64,000 nt of DNA from Nitrosopumilus sp. (GCA_965206745.1 OZ242220.1:416001-480000); one strand, 5' to 3'. Shown: positions 29,927 to 40,886, counted from the stretch's first letter. Program-made: numbers and translations. The notes: generated by a model not told the origin, from the sequence alone.

Positions 29927-30529
29927 TTATTTTGAATAGCCCTCTTTTGGAAACTTCATTCCCACAATTCTGGTGGTCTGATCCTCCTGGCTTGCAAATT
30001 TCTTGACTGTCTCCCACTCTTCCTGTATTATCTTGATTATGCTCTCTGGAACATCGTCCTTCCATGACGACTTGTCCTCATTGACTGCGTCATACAGTTT
30101 CTCCTTTACTGATGTTGCAGACAGTGACTTTCTCTCCCCAATCTTTGGTTTTAGTCCGTATATCTTCAGCATGTACCCTTCTGCCTTGTCGCCGGTGTAT
30201 GAGAAAAAATCCCCCTTCACACCGTCAAGGATCTGCCTTCTTAGCTTCCACGACTTTCTTCTGACTAGTGGCGGCAGATATTTTTTGAATGGCGCATAAA
30301 ACGCATAATCGTCCGTGATACGAATCGTATCCCCAAAAATGGATTCGAGCATCTTCTTTCTGGTCTCAAAGTTAAACGGGAAACTCTTGCTGTTTATCTC
30401 CCTGTCCTCATCCTTGAAGACTACCGGCATGACCTTGACGATGTCTGCCTGTTTCTTCAGCTCTGTAATGATCTCCACATGGGCGTTTGTCACCGGATTT
30501 AGATGTGCTAGGTATAGTGCCGTAGTCAA
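29927..30529 (-). CDS. Nucleotidyltransferase-like (HIGH-superfamily) protein
   Basis: HLNPVTNAH HIGH-like motif; SATSVK. Confidence 0.7.
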   Translation of the reverse strand: MTTALYLAHLNPVTNAHVEIITELKKQADIVKVMPVVFKDEDREINSKSFPFNFETRKKMLESIFGDTIRITDDYAFYAPFKKYLPPLVRRKSWKLRRQILDGVKGDFFSYTGDKAEGYMLKIYGLKPKIGERKSLSATSVKEKLYDAVNEDKSSWKDDVPESIIKIIQEEWETVKKFASQEDQTTRIVGMKFPKEGYSK

Positions 30530-30581
30530 CTAACATCACCTGAATATTCTCATATTTCAATGGTTGATTTTTTAAAAAATC

Positions 30582-31427
30582 CTATCCGTATGATTCGTAC
30601 TTGACTTCAAAGCTTCCATCCTCGCGTTTGCTGTGTTCTGTGATGAAGCCCTTTGGATTCAAAAAGTCCATGACGCCGTCTATGGTTCCCTGCCAGCCGC
30701 AGACATAGAACATTGTGTTCTCCTTGGTTATCTTGTCCCCGACTAGCTCCTCTAATGGCGAGAGTCCGTTCTCCCTTGGTCTTAGGAATGTCTCGACCCT
30801 TCCCACCTGTCCTGCCCATGACCTGTTAAACCACTCTTGCGGCCTGCTGATTGCGGCCCTGTACCTAAAGTTCCACTGATCCTTGCCTCTTGTGACGCTC
30901 TCATTTTCAAGATTGCTCAGCAAATCCTTGTAGCTTAGCTCATCTACATAGCTTGCACCGTGCAAAACTATGATCTCCCGCTTGTCACCGGTATCGTGCA
31001 GGTGCTGTGCAAAGCTTACAAACGGTGCCAGGCCCGTTCCGCCGCCGATGCAGATGATTCGGCGTTTGTCCTTTTGGCCGTTTGGCAGTTCCTCGTTAAT
31101 CAGTAATGCCTTGCCTGTGGGCTTTAGCCAGAGGATCTCATCACCCTCTTTGATGTTAAACAGCTGGGTAGTCAGTCTTCCTGGAAGCGGCTTTTTGACC
31201 CACCTGATGACCAGCTCGATGTATTCCTTGTTCTCTGGATGCGATGCAATTGAATACGCGCGTCGGACAATCTTGCCGCCCTCCACGGGGTTTGGCAGTC
31301 CCAGTGTGATGAACTGACCTGCCTGATATTCTGGAACCGGTCCGTCCTTTGGCACGATTCGCATAATTACAAGATCCTCTTTTAGCAATTGAACATAAGT
31401 GACTGTTGCCTTGTTATCTACTACCAT
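30582..31427 (-). CDS. fpr: Ferredoxin--NADP+ reductase
   Basis: RRAYSIAS, GRLT, GGTGLAPF, YVCG, ESY. Confidence 0.9.
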   Translation of the reverse strand: MVVDNKATVTYVQLLKEDLVIMRIVPKDGPVPEYQAGQFITLGLPNPVEGGKIVRRAYSIASHPENKEYIELVIRWVKKPLPGRLTTQLFNIKEGDEILWLKPTGKALLINEELPNGQKDKRRIICIGGGTGLAPFVSFAQHLHDTGDKREIIVLHGASYVDELSYKDLLSNLENESVTRGKDQWNFRYRAAISRPQEWFNRSWAGQVGRVETFLRPRENGLSPLEELVGDKITKENTMFYVCGWQGTIDGVMDFLNPKGFITEHSKREDGSFEVKYESYG

Positions 31428-31552
31428 AACGATTCAATCAGAGTTTTCAAGGTTAAATATATTGTGTTGATTCTGGAATCTGGTTTTCTCATCAATCGCT
31501 AAACGTTAATAACCAATTTGAAAAACGTATTTTGATCAGAATTCTGATTATT

Positions 31553-31626
31553 GGGCCGGTCGTCTAGTCCGGTAGGATAGGTGCATGGCATGCATCGGAT
31601 CGAGGGTTCAAATCCCTTCCGGTCCA
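31553..31626 (+). tRNA. tRNA-Ala(GGC)
   Basis: GGGCCGG/CCGGTCC with G3:U70; GGTGC-AT-GGC-AT-GCATC; GGTTCAAATCC. Confidence 0.93.
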
Positions 31627-31949
31627 CTTTTATTTTGGGCTCAAGCTGCCTTTCTCCAAGACAACCTGTGAGCCTGTCAGACAATACTGTGATGTATCTC
31701 AAACCTCCCTAGTTTACCTTTGATAAAATTTGTTACAATCATATGTGATTTGGTCATTCTTGATAATGTCTATCTTTTGAAATATCTCTGACATTTGACC
31801 AATCTTTTAGGGGACTATTGTACATGGATTCTAGATCATTTGTTTTTAATCTAGTATGGGAATTCTTCAGAGCGAATAAATGATTAGTGCATTTCAGAAA
31901 TCAGAATTTTTGGTAGAATTTCTTTGCTTGCTGCGTATTTTTTCTCTCT

Positions 31950-32285
31950 AGTTCTCAGTTTTATACAATCGAAAAAGAATCAGAAATGAGGCATCTCTTA
32001 ATTTGAGAAAAATCTCATAGAATTTGACATCAGACACTTACTTTCAAGGATGAATCATTCTCAGACAAACGGCAAGATAGAAAGATTCCAAGGAGAGATT
32101 CAGGTAACGCAGAAATGGTTTAAAATCTAGATGATCTGATATATTGACACAATCATATCAAGTCATATGGATTACTTGACTGGAAGACACTTGAGATCTC
32201 TATTAAAACATTTAAGCGAAAGATATCAGAAAAATATACAGTAGTTATAGATGAGTAGACAGGAGAGAAATATCTTGTCAAGTAA
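31950..32285 (+). mobile_element. Degraded IS481-like (rve/DDE) transposase remnant
   Basis: Hand translation across stops and frameshifts: SQFY...FEKNLIEFDIRHLLSRMNHSQTNGKIERFQGEI...LDWKTLE...VIDE*TGEKY. Confidence 0.7.
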
Positions 32286-32322
32286 GAGATGAATTAATTT
32301 TGGGATGGGTCAGAAATCAATT

Positions 32323-33387
32323 CTAAGAATACTTTTTATATATTTTCTCCTCCTCTGTTTCTCCTTCTTCATGATGTGGTGATGGTTTTACAATATGACG
32401 AGTTTTTTCTTTAATGATAATTAATGATTTATTTTTTTCTTTTAAATAATTTTTAAGAAAAGAACTTTTTATTTGCAGTCTTACCCCTCGTGTAATTCTT
32501 TCTCGACTATTTCTATCTCCATTATATGGCCCAACCCAAAATTGAAATTTAATAATTTGTTCACCATTATAAAACATATCCAATACCTTTCCCCACGATA
32601 AGTTATTTTCACTAATGAATTCTTCACTAAGACGAACTAATTTGCTTTCCGAATGATGGCTCCATTTGTTGTCAAATTTAGTTATAATATGTTCATAAAG
32701 CATACCTTGATTAGAAGGAATTTTCCAATTCTTAAATTCTTCAAATGTATTAACCTCAGGAGTAAAAATAAAATCTTTAGATTCAAAATATTCTAACATA
32801 TCTTGGATTTTTTCTATTTTTGAATTTTTAATTAAAGCTGATGATAACTCTTCAAACTCCTGTAATTCTTCTGAAAAAATTGGATATTTTACTTCTGATT
32901 GAGAATAAATTGTCACAAATTCATTGTTTTCGAATAGATTCTCAGGTAATTTCAACTCAAAATCTAACCATTGCTCTTTTGATTTTTTTGGCAATTTAAT
33001 ATCTGAAGGTATCTCTACGCAATAATTTTCTGGCAAGTATGTATCATACGATGTCAATTTCAAAAGTAATTGTTCTGGAATTTCTAATTTTTGTTTTATA
33101 ATTTTTTCTTGTAAGATTAAATAAAATGCTGCCCTACAATAATTATTTTGTGGGGTATTGACATTAATTGGAAAATGGTATTGATCTATATAGCGATTTT
33201 GAATCTCTAAAATTTTCTTTTGTGATTGATTTCTATCATATCCTAATTTTACTGCTTTGTTAAATATTTCTTCATCAAGTTCTTCTTTCAAATATGTTTC
33301 AAAATATTTAATAATATCTCGAAATGAATTACGTACCCATGAGAAAAAAAATTCTTTATCTGGAATTTCATCATAAGATTTAATCAT
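32323..33387 (-). CDS. Hypothetical protein resembling the C-terminal region of Avs-type STAND proteins
   Basis: GVRLQIKSSFLKNYLKEKNKSLII; ATG in ATGATTAA overlaps the stop of the large NTPase. Confidence 0.65.
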   Translation of the reverse strand: MIKSYDEIPDKEFFFSWVRNSFRDIIKYFETYLKEELDEEIFNKAVKLGYDRNQSQKKILEIQNRYIDQYHFPINVNTPQNNYCRAAFYLILQEKIIKQKLEIPEQLLLKLTSYDTYLPENYCVEIPSDIKLPKKSKEQWLDFELKLPENLFENNEFVTIYSQSEVKYPIFSEELQEFEELSSALIKNSKIEKIQDMLEYFESKDFIFTPEVNTFEEFKNWKIPSNQGMLYEHIITKFDNKWSHHSESKLVRLSEEFISENNLSWGKVLDMFYNGEQIIKFQFWVGPYNGDRNSRERITRGVRLQIKSSFLKNYLKEKNKSLIIIKEKTRHIVKPSPHHEEGETEEEKIYKKYS

Positions 33388-36300
33388 ATTCAATTTCTCG
33401 TTTCATATGTTTGGCAGTTAATTGAAAATTTATGTAAATGCTGTTTTCTAAATATTTGATTGATTTTTTAATTAATGTAGAATTATCATGTGTAGAAGTT
33501 ACATAACTATCAATAATGGCTGATAATTTTTCTTTAATTATGTATTGTGATGAATCACTTAGAAGTGTTTCTATACAATTTTCTAAAATATTTGGAATTT
33601 TTAATTTTATGCATTGGATCAATGCAACATATGCCTTTTTTGAAACTTCTGTATCAGAACAGTTTAATTGTTCTAATAAAAAGAGATACCCAACTTGATG
33701 GGGATTGTCGTCTTCAGAAAATGTTTCTAACCATGAAAAATCATGCTTGAAATCCATGATCCTTTCTCTGAATAAAGAATCTAAAAAGGATATAATTTTA
33801 TCAGAAAATTCTTGAAGTGAAGATATTTGTTTTGTTTTTGATAGAAATTTACCATAAGATTTGGCCATTCCTCTGGCTGACCAATGATAAGTTAGACATT
33901 TTTCAGATAATCCTCCACAGATGAGCAATTGAGTTTTTTCTGAGTCTATTTTATGTGATTTTTCCAGTAATTGTGTGTAATCTATTCGCGAATTCCAACC
34001 CTCTTTTTCATCAAATTCGGTATACAATTCCTCTGGAGTCTTCCCTTCAATGACCATTTTTCTTTTAGAAGATTCTATATTGGACTTACAATTTTTTAGT
34101 ACCAATGCTGGTAATCCTAAAACTGAAGATAATTGATTAAATTTTGTTTCCATAATTTTTATTGTTTCAGAAAAATCTTGTAGTAATTCTCTACGTAAAT
34201 CTTCAATCAATTCTTTTGCTAAATCCGGTTTTGGGTTTAACAAACTTGTAATAATGGAGTATTTGATTTCAAATAATTCTAAATTGTTATTGGTATTGTT
34301 ATTAGATTCAAATATCATGGTTTTTAGTAAATAATATCTTAAAACAGGATTACATTCAACTTTTGTTTTACAAAATTCTTGAACTATACTGGAAAAATGA
34401 TAGGAATCAACTCCGTATTCTTGAATTGCTTTTAATCCTGCTTTTGAATTATATTTTAACATTTTTTTAATAGTTAATGTTGAGATTAATTCGTTTCCAG
34501 AATTGTCTGACATATTAGTCAAAAATTCGGTATATTTTAATATAATTCCAAAATTTTTCAAAACAAATTTCTGTTTGTAAGTGCCAAGTTCATCAAATAT
34601 TTCTAACACTTCAAACAGAAAAACATCTTTACTCCATCCATAACTATGACTTAAAATTATTGATTTATCAAAATAATTCTGAGCATTTTCTTTGTTATTA
34701 ATTGACAAAAATAACGATGTAACATCAAGACAATCATTTATCATATGTGATGTATCATTAAATATAATTGGAGTTGTTCCTAATCTAATAATCTCATTAT
34801 GTATCTCTTTGTTATTAGAATATTTTGCAATTAATTCCATAAAATTATACTTAGAAATCGATGTAAACACATACTTTGAAGCAAATTTATCATAATTATT
34901 CAAAAATTGTTTTTGTTTTGCAGTGGTTGATTTTGATATAATTAACTGAATAGACTCTTCAATGATTTTTGAAATATAGTTTTGAAATGCATGATCTAGA
35001 TATCCCGGCTCATCAAATATGCGCTGTTGGTCATAATTCATCATGGAAATTAATAGATTATACAAGACATCAATTTCATTTTGATTTATTTCATCATTTT
35101 TTTTCATAGATAGAACTGTGTTGTGATATACTGTTAGAAGAGCTCTTTTAAAAAAAGAGTCAGATTTATCGTTAATCATTTTATAATAATACTTTAGATT
35201 TTCTAAATTTTTAATGTATGTAGATATTGAGATATTTTTTTCTAGATTCAAAAAGTCAGATATATTTATTTTTTTTTGTTGTGGATCTACGATAGAAACT
35301 TTTTTGAAATATCCTTGAATTTCTTCTTTTTCAATGTCAGATTTTTTTAAGAATAATCTAAATTCAGGAATATTGCTAGATAGTAATTCATTCTTTTGAT
35401 TTTTGAAATGAATTTTAAATTCTTTTAATTTATCATAGTAATTTAAAATTTCAAATAGTAATAAATTCCAAAAAACTTCAAGTTTGGTTCCATCTATTTG
35501 TGAAGATGTAATTTCATCAAAAGTTGTAAAAGGCAACACATTTTTTATTATGGATTGAATTGTGTCAAATTTAAAATTATTTGCATCGATAAATGAAATA
35601 ACTCGTTGAAAATTTTCAAAATAACACAGTATTATTGCATAATCATTTAATGATATTCCTGTTGGTAGTCTATTTTGTTCTTCAAGTGGAGTTGATTTGT
35701 AAGTTTTTTTCCATATTTCTAAAATTTCTTGATATGGAAGTTCTAATTCATTTTTTAATCCATTTGCTAGATACCAAACAGTTTCACTAAGCGATAAATT
35801 CAGTTTTTTCTCATATGACAACAGAGGGGCAATTTTTTCAGGTGATAATTTAAAAATCCATTTTTCAAATTTTGATTCATCAAGATTTTGAAATCGTTCG
35901 ATAGTATATTTTTTCAGTAATGCCTTTTCTATTATAGAAATCGGGTCAAGTTTCTCAAATGCTGCTCTAATTGCGATATCTATATTATTTTGAATATCTT
36001 GCCTATTACAAATTTGAATGACAGAGTTATCTACAAACTTTACATCAACAATTTTTAGAATTTCATCTCGTTTTTTTGCTTTTAATCCATATTTCAATGC
36101 ATGACGATATGCCTTCTGATTAGTGAACAAATTAAGTAACAATATATTATAAATTTTTTCAGAATATTCTATTTTGGCTATTTCATCAAAATCTACATGT
36201 TGAAGTAAATATTCTCTAAAACTATCGTGGAATATGCTTACCTCATCAACCTCATTTGTACGTAAAAGAGAAAACAGAGGCTTCATCGAATAATATAATG

Positions 36301-38080
36301 GCTTATAGTCTCTTTGTTCTTTAGGATATAAAATTTCCAAGAATGCATTACTTGCCGGAAATTCCAACAGTGCAAGATATTTTGCCAAAATTTTACTAAA
36401 ATCGTGTACTGTTGATTGTTCTTCCCACAAATAATCGTAGTATTTTTTAACATCTCCCTGTGTTAAGGGGATTTTTTGAACAATTTCAAAATCTGCATGT
36501 TTTAATAATAATTGGGTGAAATAATTTACCAGCAATGGTAATCCTTCAGTTATCTCCATTATTTTATTTAATTTTTCTGATTCACAAAATTCTTTAGATA
36601 TTTTTGATTTATCAAAATATCTTTTTACTTCTTCTTTTCTAAATCCTGAAATTTGAAAAAATACATCATTCCCATATTTTATTTTCAAATCATCAAGATG
36701 TGATCCTTCTTGAGTCCCAATGATAAAACAAATTCCTTTGGGTATATTTACTTCCTTTAGAAAATCAAATATGGTTTCATCATCTTTTGAAAGACTATGA
36801 GCTCTTTTCTTTATTCGATCAACATGATCTAATCCATCTATAATTATTGGAATGATGATATTTTTACTTTCTGCAATTTGTCCAATTTTATTAAATAAAT
36901 TTTGTAATTTTTCGGAAGTTACACTATATTCATTTTTAATATTGAATTTGTAACCATCTGAAATTAATTTCATAAAATTATTCAATAATTTTTGTTTTGT
37001 GATTCTAATTTCCATATCTTGATCCTCTGTTACACTTATGGAGGCATAATGCCATATTGGAGGGGTATCAGGAAATTTTTCTGCAAACCTCTTTCGCCAT
37101 TTTGTTAATAGCCAAGTTTTACCTGAGCCTGGCTTCCCATAAATTATTAGAATATTTCCAGAGTTTTCTTCTATTTTTTCATCTAATAATTTTAAATTTT
37201 GTTTAGTAATCACATATTGTGATTCATCAAAATTAATTATATTTTTAATAGAATCAAAATCTTGTTTGATTTTTAAACGACCTTCAAGCTTAGATTTTGT
37301 CATTTCTTCAGCTGTTATTGACTCTTCATTTACAATGTTGAACAAGGATGTAAAAATTGAATCAATATCCATATTTTGAGGAGGTAAATGAAGCTCTAGT
37401 GCTTCGATTTTTGATTTTATGATCTCTCCGACTGATCCTGTAAATACATTATATTGAAAACTAGAAGGGGGATTTTCAGGTTGTTCTGTTTCTATAATCA
37501 CATGACTTAAACAATCTTTTAAATTAAGATCCAAATTTAATTTTTCAATATTTTCTCTCATATTTTTGAATTCATTATCAAATAAAATCTGATTAGAAAA
37601 ACAATATACCTTATCTTTATTTTCACACGCTACTGTTCTTTCATCTTCTATTTTCTCTAAAAAATTCAATAAAGGATTTAAATCTGAAATTGATTTTGTG
37701 GTATAGATATGAAAATAATTCTCATATTTTTGAAATTCTTTTGTTAAATTTGCCCATGATGAAAAAATTTGAATTAAACTAAGGCCAATTTTATTTGTGG
37801 TAAAATCTTTCAGTTGTAATTCATTTTGTACATAGCTAGCCTTTATCTGATAATGATGAATTTTATTCTTTTCGAAGACTTTGATGTCATCAAATTTATC
37901 TTCAATGACTTCTTTTTTCTCAAAAATCACTTTTTCTATTTTCCCATTCAAAAGATCTATTAATCTAAACACACCAATTAGATTTTGATATCTATATCCA
38001 AATAGATTACTTTTTGGTTTTGGAGAAATAATTTTAACCATATTTTTTGATATATTTTTATTGTTAATATCCTCTACCAT
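33380..38080 (-). CDS. Nuclease-STAND(NACHT-like) NTPase, Avs/AVAST-like antiviral protein
   Basis: GYRYQ...FDDI...YQIK Cap4-like nuclease; GKPGSGKT; IIIDGLDH; GLPL; FHDSFRE; long helical C-terminus. Confidence 0.82.
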   Translation of the reverse strand: MVEDINNKNISKNMVKIISPKPKSNLFGYRYQNLIGVFRLIDLLNGKIEKVIFEKKEVIEDKFDDIKVFEKNKIHHYQIKASYVQNELQLKDFTTNKIGLSLIQIFSSWANLTKEFQKYENYFHIYTTKSISDLNPLLNFLEKIEDERTVACENKDKVYCFSNQILFDNEFKNMRENIEKLNLDLNLKDCLSHVIIETEQPENPPSSFQYNVFTGSVGEIIKSKIEALELHLPPQNMDIDSIFTSLFNIVNEESITAEEMTKSKLEGRLKIKQDFDSIKNIINFDESQYVITKQNLKLLDEKIEENSGNILIIYGKPGSGKTWLLTKWRKRFAEKFPDTPPIWHYASISVTEDQDMEIRITKQKLLNNFMKLISDGYKFNIKNEYSVTSEKLQNLFNKIGQIAESKNIIIPIIIDGLDHVDRIKKRAHSLSKDDETIFDFLKEVNIPKGICFIIGTQEGSHLDDLKIKYGNDVFFQISGFRKEEVKRYFDKSKISKEFCESEKLNKIMEITEGLPLLVNYFTQLLLKHADFEIVQKIPLTQGDVKKYYDYLWEEQSTVHDFSKILAKYLALLEFPASNAFLEILYPKEQRDYKPLYYSMKPLFSLLRTNEVDEVSIFHDSFREYLLQHVDFDEIAKIEYSEKIYNILLLNLFTNQKAYRHALKYGLKAKKRDEILKIVDVKFVDNSVIQICNRQDIQNNIDIAIRAAFEKLDPISIIEKALLKKYTIERFQNLDESKFEKWIFKLSPEKIAPLLSYEKKLNLSLSETVWYLANGLKNELELPYQEILEIWKKTYKSTPLEEQNRLPTGISLNDYAIILCYFENFQRVISFIDANNFKFDTIQSIIKNVLPFTTFDEITSSQIDGTKLEVFWNLLLFEILNYYDKLKEFKIHFKNQKNELLSSNIPEFRLFLKKSDIEKEEIQGYFKKVSIVDPQQKKINISDFLNLEKNISISTYIKNLENLKYYYKMINDKSDSFFKRALLTVYHNTVLSMKKNDEINQNEIDVLYNLLISMMNYDQQRIFDEPGYLDHAFQNYISKIIEESIQLIISKSTTAKQKQFLNNYDKFASKYVFTSISKYNFMELIAKYSNNKEIHNEIIRLGTTPIIFNDTSHMINDCLDVTSLFLSINNKENAQNYFDKSIILSHSYGWSKDVFLFEVLEIFDELGTYKQKFVLKNFGIILKYTEFLTNMSDNSGNELISTLTIKKMLKYNSKAGLKAIQEYGVDSYHFSSIVQEFCKTKVECNPVLRYYLLKTMIFESNNNTNNNLELFEIKYSIITSLLNPKPDLAKELIEDLRRELLQDFSETIKIMETKFNQLSSVLGLPALVLKNCKSNIESSKRKMVIEGKTPEELYTEFDEKEGWNSRIDYTQLLEKSHKIDSEKTQLLICGGLSEKCLTYHWSARGMAKSYGKFLSKTKQISSLQEFSDKIISFLDSLFRERIMDFKHDFSWLETFSEDDNPHQVGYLFLLEQLNCSDTEVSKKAYVALIQCIKLKIPNILENCIETLLSDSSQYIIKEKLSAIIDSYVTSTHDNSTLIKKSIKYLENSIYINFQLTAKHMKREIEYD

Positions 38081-38293
38081 TAATGATGCTGTGAAGTTGA
38101 TAGAGGTTGTGTATTAAATGTAGATCTACTTCTGTTTCAAAAAATTTCATATTTCGAATAGTTAATCAGAGTTCTGTGTAGTCTTAGAATAAGATCCGTA
38201 TTTAGTGTCCAAATCCCAAAGATTTGACAGTACCGAGTATCCAAATAGTGTAATAACCTTCTAATTAATTATTTATTTACTGTTCTCTAAATT

Positions 38294-38764
38294 ATGGATA
38301 TGTTTACTCTCACACAAAAAGAGATTCAAGATGCTAAGATTTATGATACCTCAAAACATGAAATTATTCGTAAATATCTATTCAATTTTTTTAAAAAGAA
38401 ATTCTCACTTTTTAATGATCAACAAAATAAAGTTGAATGTTGTAATCATGGTCTAGAAAAGTACACTATTGAAAAATATGATTATTCTACTAGTTTGCCT
38501 GGATCTTGTCTGGGAAATACTTTTGCAGACTGGCAAAATGTTTTTAGTATTCATACAAAAGCTAGATTTGACTGTGGTCGTGAATTCATATTGGGATATT
38601 TTTTTAATTTTAGATATGGAGATTTGATTTCCATAATAAAACAACTTGATGATATGGATGATTCAGATTTTTTAAAGGGTAAAAAATTTGATGATAACAA
38701 TCAAATTGGCATCATGACTGGTTTTATGAGAAATAATTTTGCCGATCACAATATTGGATTTTAG
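38294..38764 (+). CDS. Hypothetical protein
   Basis: 156-aa ORF in AT-rich island. Confidence 0.55.
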   Translation: MDMFTLTQKEIQDAKIYDTSKHEIIRKYLFNFFKKKFSLFNDQQNKVECCNHGLEKYTIEKYDYSTSLPGSCLGNTFADWQNVFSIHTKARFDCGREFILGYFFNFRYGDLISIIKQLDDMDDSDFLKGKKFDDNNQIGIMTGFMRNNFADHNIGF

Positions 38765-39095
38765 AAATATTGAGACATATTCAAAACGTATAACGTCGAT
38801 GTATTTGATCTATATGTCTGATAATAATAGTTCAGAATATGCCTAAGATTGGTAGATATAATTTTTGTACAATAGATTACATACATTTTCTAAAGAACTA
38901 CTCATTTTCATTATTTCTACAATAATTGAAGGCATGATAATTTTAATAATTATATATTGAGATTATTGTATTTAGAACATTCTGCAAAAGAAATATGTAT
39001 TATATTTGATGGTGCAATGAAAGATGTAGATGTCACTGTACAAGAATATCTAGGTTGGGAATATGATTGCAAAAAAATAAAATTACATTATTTTT

Positions 39096-39311
39096 TTAAA
39101 GTTCTTCGATATTCTCTTTATGATGTATAATTATAGTAACAATGGTGATATCATCTAATATTGAATGAGTTCTAACATGGCTTGTATTATTTTTTCCAAA
39201 ATGTACACTTTTCTCTTTTTTCATCTGACAAATATGGCATGATAAAAGAGCAAGTTCTACATATCCCTGTCTTGTTCTTCTTGAAGATTCTAGTGTGAAA
39301 TGAATAGTCAT
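39096..39311 (-). CDS. Small hypothetical protein (CHIC motif)
   Basis: 71-aa ORF with GGTGATG RBS-like sequence upstream. Confidence 0.35.
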   Translation of the reverse strand: MTIHFTLESSRRTRQGYVELALLSCHICQMKKEKSVHFGKNNTSHVRTHSILDDITIVTIIIHHKENIEEL

Positions 39312-39401
39312 TCATCATCACCAAGTTCCACTTTCATGCTCAGTCAAGTAGGCATGATGTCCTTTATGGGCAAGGTAGTTTGTCGTGCAGAACAGTTTTG
39401 A

Positions 39402-39479
39402 TGGTGGGCCCGATGTGATTCGAACACATGACCTTTCGATTATCAGTCGAACGCTCCAGCCAAGCTGAGCTACGAGCCC
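39402..39479 (-). tRNA. tRNA-Ile(GAT), CCA encoded
   Basis: GGGCTCG/CGGGCCC; TTCGA-CT-GAT-AA-TCGAA; GTTCGAATC. Confidence 0.95.
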
Positions 39480-39512
39480 ACGAACAGATCTCTAGGCTAG
39501 ACTCATTTAAGT

Positions 39513-40067
39513 TTAATTTCCCTTCCACTTGATTGAACACCCGATTGACGGGTCAAAATCTTTTTCAATCTTCTTGCCTGATAACAACTTCTCAATGTTG
39601 ACAATCATTGTCTTCTCTGTTGCCTCATCCTCTGGCTTCATGGCGTCATCTATTTTTCCGTGAAAAACTAGCTGTTTTTGTGCGTCAAACAGGAATGGAT
39701 CCGGAGTGCACATTGCACCGTATCTCTTTGCGATCTCCTGTGACTCGTCTACCAGATAGTCAAACTCAAAGCCCTTTTCCCTTGCTGTCTGTTTCATGGC
39801 ATCAAAGCTGTCCTCTGGATAATTCGTAGAGTCGTTGCTGTTGATTCCGATAACTGCAATATCCTTGCCACATCTTTGGTATAGTTCGTTGAGGGCATCT
39901 GCCTTTGCCTTAACGTATGGGCAGTGATTGCACATGAAAATTATCAGGATTCCCTTGTAATTCCCATAGTCACTGATCGAATGCATTTTATCATCAATCC
40001 CCATCAGCTCAAAATCTGGTGCCAAATCCCCTGTCTTTAGCTTGATCTGTGATTCCAAAAGTACCAT
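39513..40067 (-). CDS. Thioredoxin-family (AhpC/TSA, redoxin) protein
   Basis: APDFEL, FMCNHCPYV, GINSND, SIGCSIKW. Confidence 0.92.
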   Translation of the reverse strand: MVLLESQIKLKTGDLAPDFELMGIDDKMHSISDYGNYKGILIIFMCNHCPYVKAKADALNELYQRCGKDIAVIGINSNDSTNYPEDSFDAMKQTAREKGFEFDYLVDESQEIAKRYGAMCTPDPFLFDAQKQLVFHGKIDDAMKPEDEATEKTMIVNIEKLLSGKKIEKDFDPSIGCSIKWKGN

Positions 40068-40147
40068 GTTGGAACAGTTACACGTTCAAATAAAATCCTT
40101 GCCAAGAAGACAACAATTAAAATCATCACTTTATCCCTTCTTTTTGT

Positions 40148-40224
40148 GGGCCGGTAGTATAGCCTGGTAGTATACCCGCCTTGCACGCGGGGGGTCACGG
40201 ATTCGAATTCCGTCCGGTCCACCA
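40148..40224 (+). tRNA. tRNA-Ala(TGC), CCA encoded
   Basis: GGGCCGG/CCGGTCC; CCCGC-CT-TGC-AC-GCGGG. Confidence 0.95.
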
Positions 40225-40490
40225 CCTATGGGCTTTGACAGGTTCCAAACGATCTCCTTTAGACGAGTTTGGCATGCCATCTCAGAGAGAGTTGGGTCAT
40301 GAGCCGCCCCATTACGGGTTGATTCCTACGATTCTGTCTGACTTTACAAGATCGGATGCGGGTCTACTGACTCATTAATTTTCAATATCTGGCAAAACAC
40401 ACACATTCCAGTTATGCCTGTCTGCAAACCCGGTTCTGTCGCACTAGAAATGCAATCTGGATTATCTGTTGGAATAACTAGAGAAAAAAA

Positions 40491-40886
40491 TTAGCATAAG
40501 GGTGGCAGAGTGTCTTTGACATTTCCCTCAAAGATTATCCCTTCCCCGTCAGAATTAGTACAGGTATAAACAAAAGTTGCATCCTCTGTTTCCTGATCAA
40601 ACTCAATTTTCAAGGTAGCATCATCACTTTTTATCCAGTACTCGTACACAAATCCCGTATTATGAAACTCTTCAGTATACTTGGGGTATTTATCCATAAA
40701 AAACTGGCTCTGTGTATATTCTATAAAATCTGTTTTCGTAAGAAAGTTATCAAGATCCTTTTCATCAAATTGTTCAATATCTGATATTATGCCATAAAAT
40801 GGGGCGAAAAACAATGCTGTTGTCCCTATGGCAGTTACTGCAATTATACCGACTATTACCAATATGACAATGTATACTATCTTCAT
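40491..40886 (-). CDS. Hypothetical membrane-anchored protein
   Basis: N-terminal TM, acidic soluble part. Confidence 0.65.
   Translation of the reverse strand: MKIVYIVILVIVGIIAVTAIGTTALFFAPFYGIISDIEQFDEKDLDNFLTKTDFIEYTQSQFFMDKYPKYTEEFHNTGFVYEYWIKSDDATLKIEFDQETEDATFVYTCTNSDGEGIIFEGNVKDTLPPLC

Noticed and set aside
31499-31702. ORFs overlapping tRNAs (also 40037-40225, 40181-40378, 61042-61239)
   Set aside because: They are translations of tRNA sequence
31600-39480. att direct repeats or a provirus at the tRNAs
   Set aside because: No duplicated tRNA 3' end, integrase or viral structural gene seen
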